This document shows, in pieces, positions 35,054 to 36,239 of a DNA stretch of 36,239 bases (positions within the stretch are counted from its first letter, which is position 1; every line of letters starts with the position of its first letter). This DNA comes from Candidatus Wolframiiraptor sinensis (GTDB lineage: Archaea; Thermoproteota; Nitrososphaeria_A; Caldarchaeales; Wolframiiraptoraceae), in assembly GCA_023261815.1 (NCBI GenBank), contig JALNKA010000002.1, positions 1 through 36,239 of the forward strand. Direction: 5' to 3'. The translations under genes and the position numbers were made by a program. A model generated the notes under the pieces. It saw only the letters and a list, made by a program, of their open reading frames with translations, had not been told where the DNA came from and did not search any database.

Positions 35054-35062
35054 GATATAAAA
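35054..35062. promoter_or_regulatory. Single TATA element centred between two divergent starts (candidate bidirectional promoter)
   Basis: GATATAAAA on +, TTTTATATC on -; about 25 nt from ATG 35087 and about 29 nt from ATG 35025. Confidence 0.55.
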
Positions 35063-35086
35063 TGCTCTCGTAACCCTATCCGCGGA

Positions 35087-36239
35087 ATGCTATCCGCTAG
35101 GAGGAAGCTGCTTATCATACTGTTAATGGGCGCTGTGGCCCGCCTGATCCCGGCGCCATTCTACGCTCATCCATGGGACATGTATATCTGGTTTAAGTCG
35201 GGCGAGCTCGGCTTACAGGACCCGAACATCTACAGGTTTGGAGATTATGTCGAGTATCCGTGGGGGTTTTACGCTTATCCGCCGGCATGGCTTTACTGGC
35301 TGATAATCGTCGCGCTCCTAGGCGGGGGAACATCATTCAAGATCTTCATGATAAAGCTTCCAATAATTCTCGCCGACATAGCATCCGCAATCGTGATTTA
35401 CCGGATAATGAGGGAGCTAGACTTCGATGAGCGCAAGTCGCTGATGGCCTCGGCGATATGGCTCTTCAACCCGATCACCTACTTCATATCATCATTCTGG
35501 GGCATGTTCGACTCCATGGCAGTCCTCTTTCAGCTGCTCGCGATCCACATGCTGCTTAGGCGGAGGCTCATCCTATCCGGGGTAATGGCCGGGGTCGGGG
35601 CGGCAATCAAGCTGGTTCCAGCCTTGATACTAATCCCGGCCGCAATCTACTTGCTCAAGCGGAGGGAGTGCGGCCTCGGAGAAGCTGCCCTAAAGCTGAT
35701 ACTCCCGGCCTCGGCGACCTTCCTAGCGATCTCAACGCCATTCTTGACGACTCCGATGGAGTATTTGAGGGCGATACTTCTCCACGCTAAAAGCGTCGGC
35801 GGCTTCACCTACTGGATGGCCTTATCCGCGCTCATAAACCTCTCGAGCTTCTGGTTCATTCCGCTAATAGCCTTCGGCATTATGATGATATTCATTGCAA
35901 GGAGGATGAAGGCCGATGATCACAGCATGATATGGGCACTGACGCTCACGATCACATCATTCCTAGCGACATCCCCGAAGGTCAACATCCAGCACATGAA
36001 CTTCCTCATCCCCATGATACTCATGTCCAAAAATCTATGGGGCTCAAAAAACGTCGGGAGAAATCTCACGATGCTGATCATCTCGGCAGCCGCCTGGATC
36101 GCGAGCGCCTGGATAATTTTAGCGGGCTTCAGCCCCATATACATCGGCAGGCTCTATGTCCCCGAAAGCTATGAGGTTGGGCTACCATACATCGTGAACA
36201 TCGCCTCTGGGATATTCGGGGGAACGAGGCTTCTGGCCT
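35087..36239 (+). CDS. GT-C fold integral-membrane glycosyltransferase (GT87/PIG-M-like), truncated by the window end; absent from the ORF track
   Basis: Manual translation: MLSARRKLLIILLMGAVARLIPAPFYAHPWDMYIW...FYAYPP...IKLPIILAD...WLFNP...SSFWGMFDS...AIKLVP. Confidence 0.85.
   Translation, partial: MLSARRKLLIILLMGAVARLIPAPFYAHPWDMYIWFKSGELGLQDPNIYRFGDYVEYPWGFYAYPPAWLYWLIIVALLGGGTSFKIFMIKLPIILADIASAIVIYRIMRELDFDERKSLMASAIWLFNPITYFISSFWGMFDSMAVLFQLLAIHMLLRRRLILSGVMAGVGAAIKLVPALILIPAAIYLLKRRECGLGEAALKLILPASATFLAISTPFLTTPMEYLRAILLHAKSVGGFTYWMALSALINLSSFWFIPLIAFGIMMIFIARRMKADDHSMIWALTLTITSFLATSPKVNIQHMNFLIPMILMSKNLWGSKNVGRNLTMLIISAAAWIASAWIILAGFSPIYIGRLYVPESYEVGLPYIVNIASGIFGGTRLLA

Noticed and set aside
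35038-35056. Perfect C box GTGATGA
   Set aside because: No properly spaced D', C' or D boxes, and it lies in a divergent promoter
35026-35118. N-terminal extension of the agmatinase ORF
   Set aside because: Covers the promoter and overlaps the start of the divergent GT-C gene
35920-36174. Short ORFs of 74 and 80 aa (one His-rich)
   Set aside because: Antisense and alternative frames within the GT-C gene that runs off the window end
1-36239. Very frequent CTCGAG and GAGCTC palindromes as a repeat system; CRISPR array
   Set aside because: Explained by preferred codons CTC (Leu) and GAG (Glu) inside genes; no regularly spaced direct repeats seen

Overview
Gene-dense archaeal chromosomal window. 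A TACK-group thermophile is inferred from the PolB1 + PolB3 pair, aRF1, archaeal tRNAs without encoded CCA, BRE/TATA promoters and GGGGTGA-type SD sites; Aigarchaeota/Caldarchaeales-like is a plausible but unproven assignment. It holds about 28 CDSs, a partial tRNA-Arg(TCT), a tRNA-Leu(TAG) and an unannotated box C/D guide sRNA whose D guide matches a conserved archaeal 16S rRNA segment. Functional blocks: a tRNA-adjacent sugar-acid islet (two D-2-hydroxyacid dehydrogenases + KDPG/KHG aldolase); polyamine genes (speD-speE, speB); tatA plus a ribophorin-I-like membrane protein; a minus-strand run larA-thyX(double domain)-herA-class I fumarase alpha/beta-acyl-CoA synthetase/GNAT-nurA-DUF354; galT-like, AK6 and aRF1; two AbrB-PhoU regulators; an ECF S component with a divergent pantoate-kinase-like gene; and a replication/repair neighbourhood (DHH nuclease, PolB3, small Zn-finger protein, PolB1). 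The strongest oddities are a PolB3 with intact polymerase motifs but all three proofreading motifs substituted, a herA/nurA pair without local mre11-rad50 that brackets a fumarase and a lysine acetyltransferase, and the C/D sRNA. No CRISPR array, transposase or integrase was seen. All calls come from reading motifs by eye; no database searches were run.
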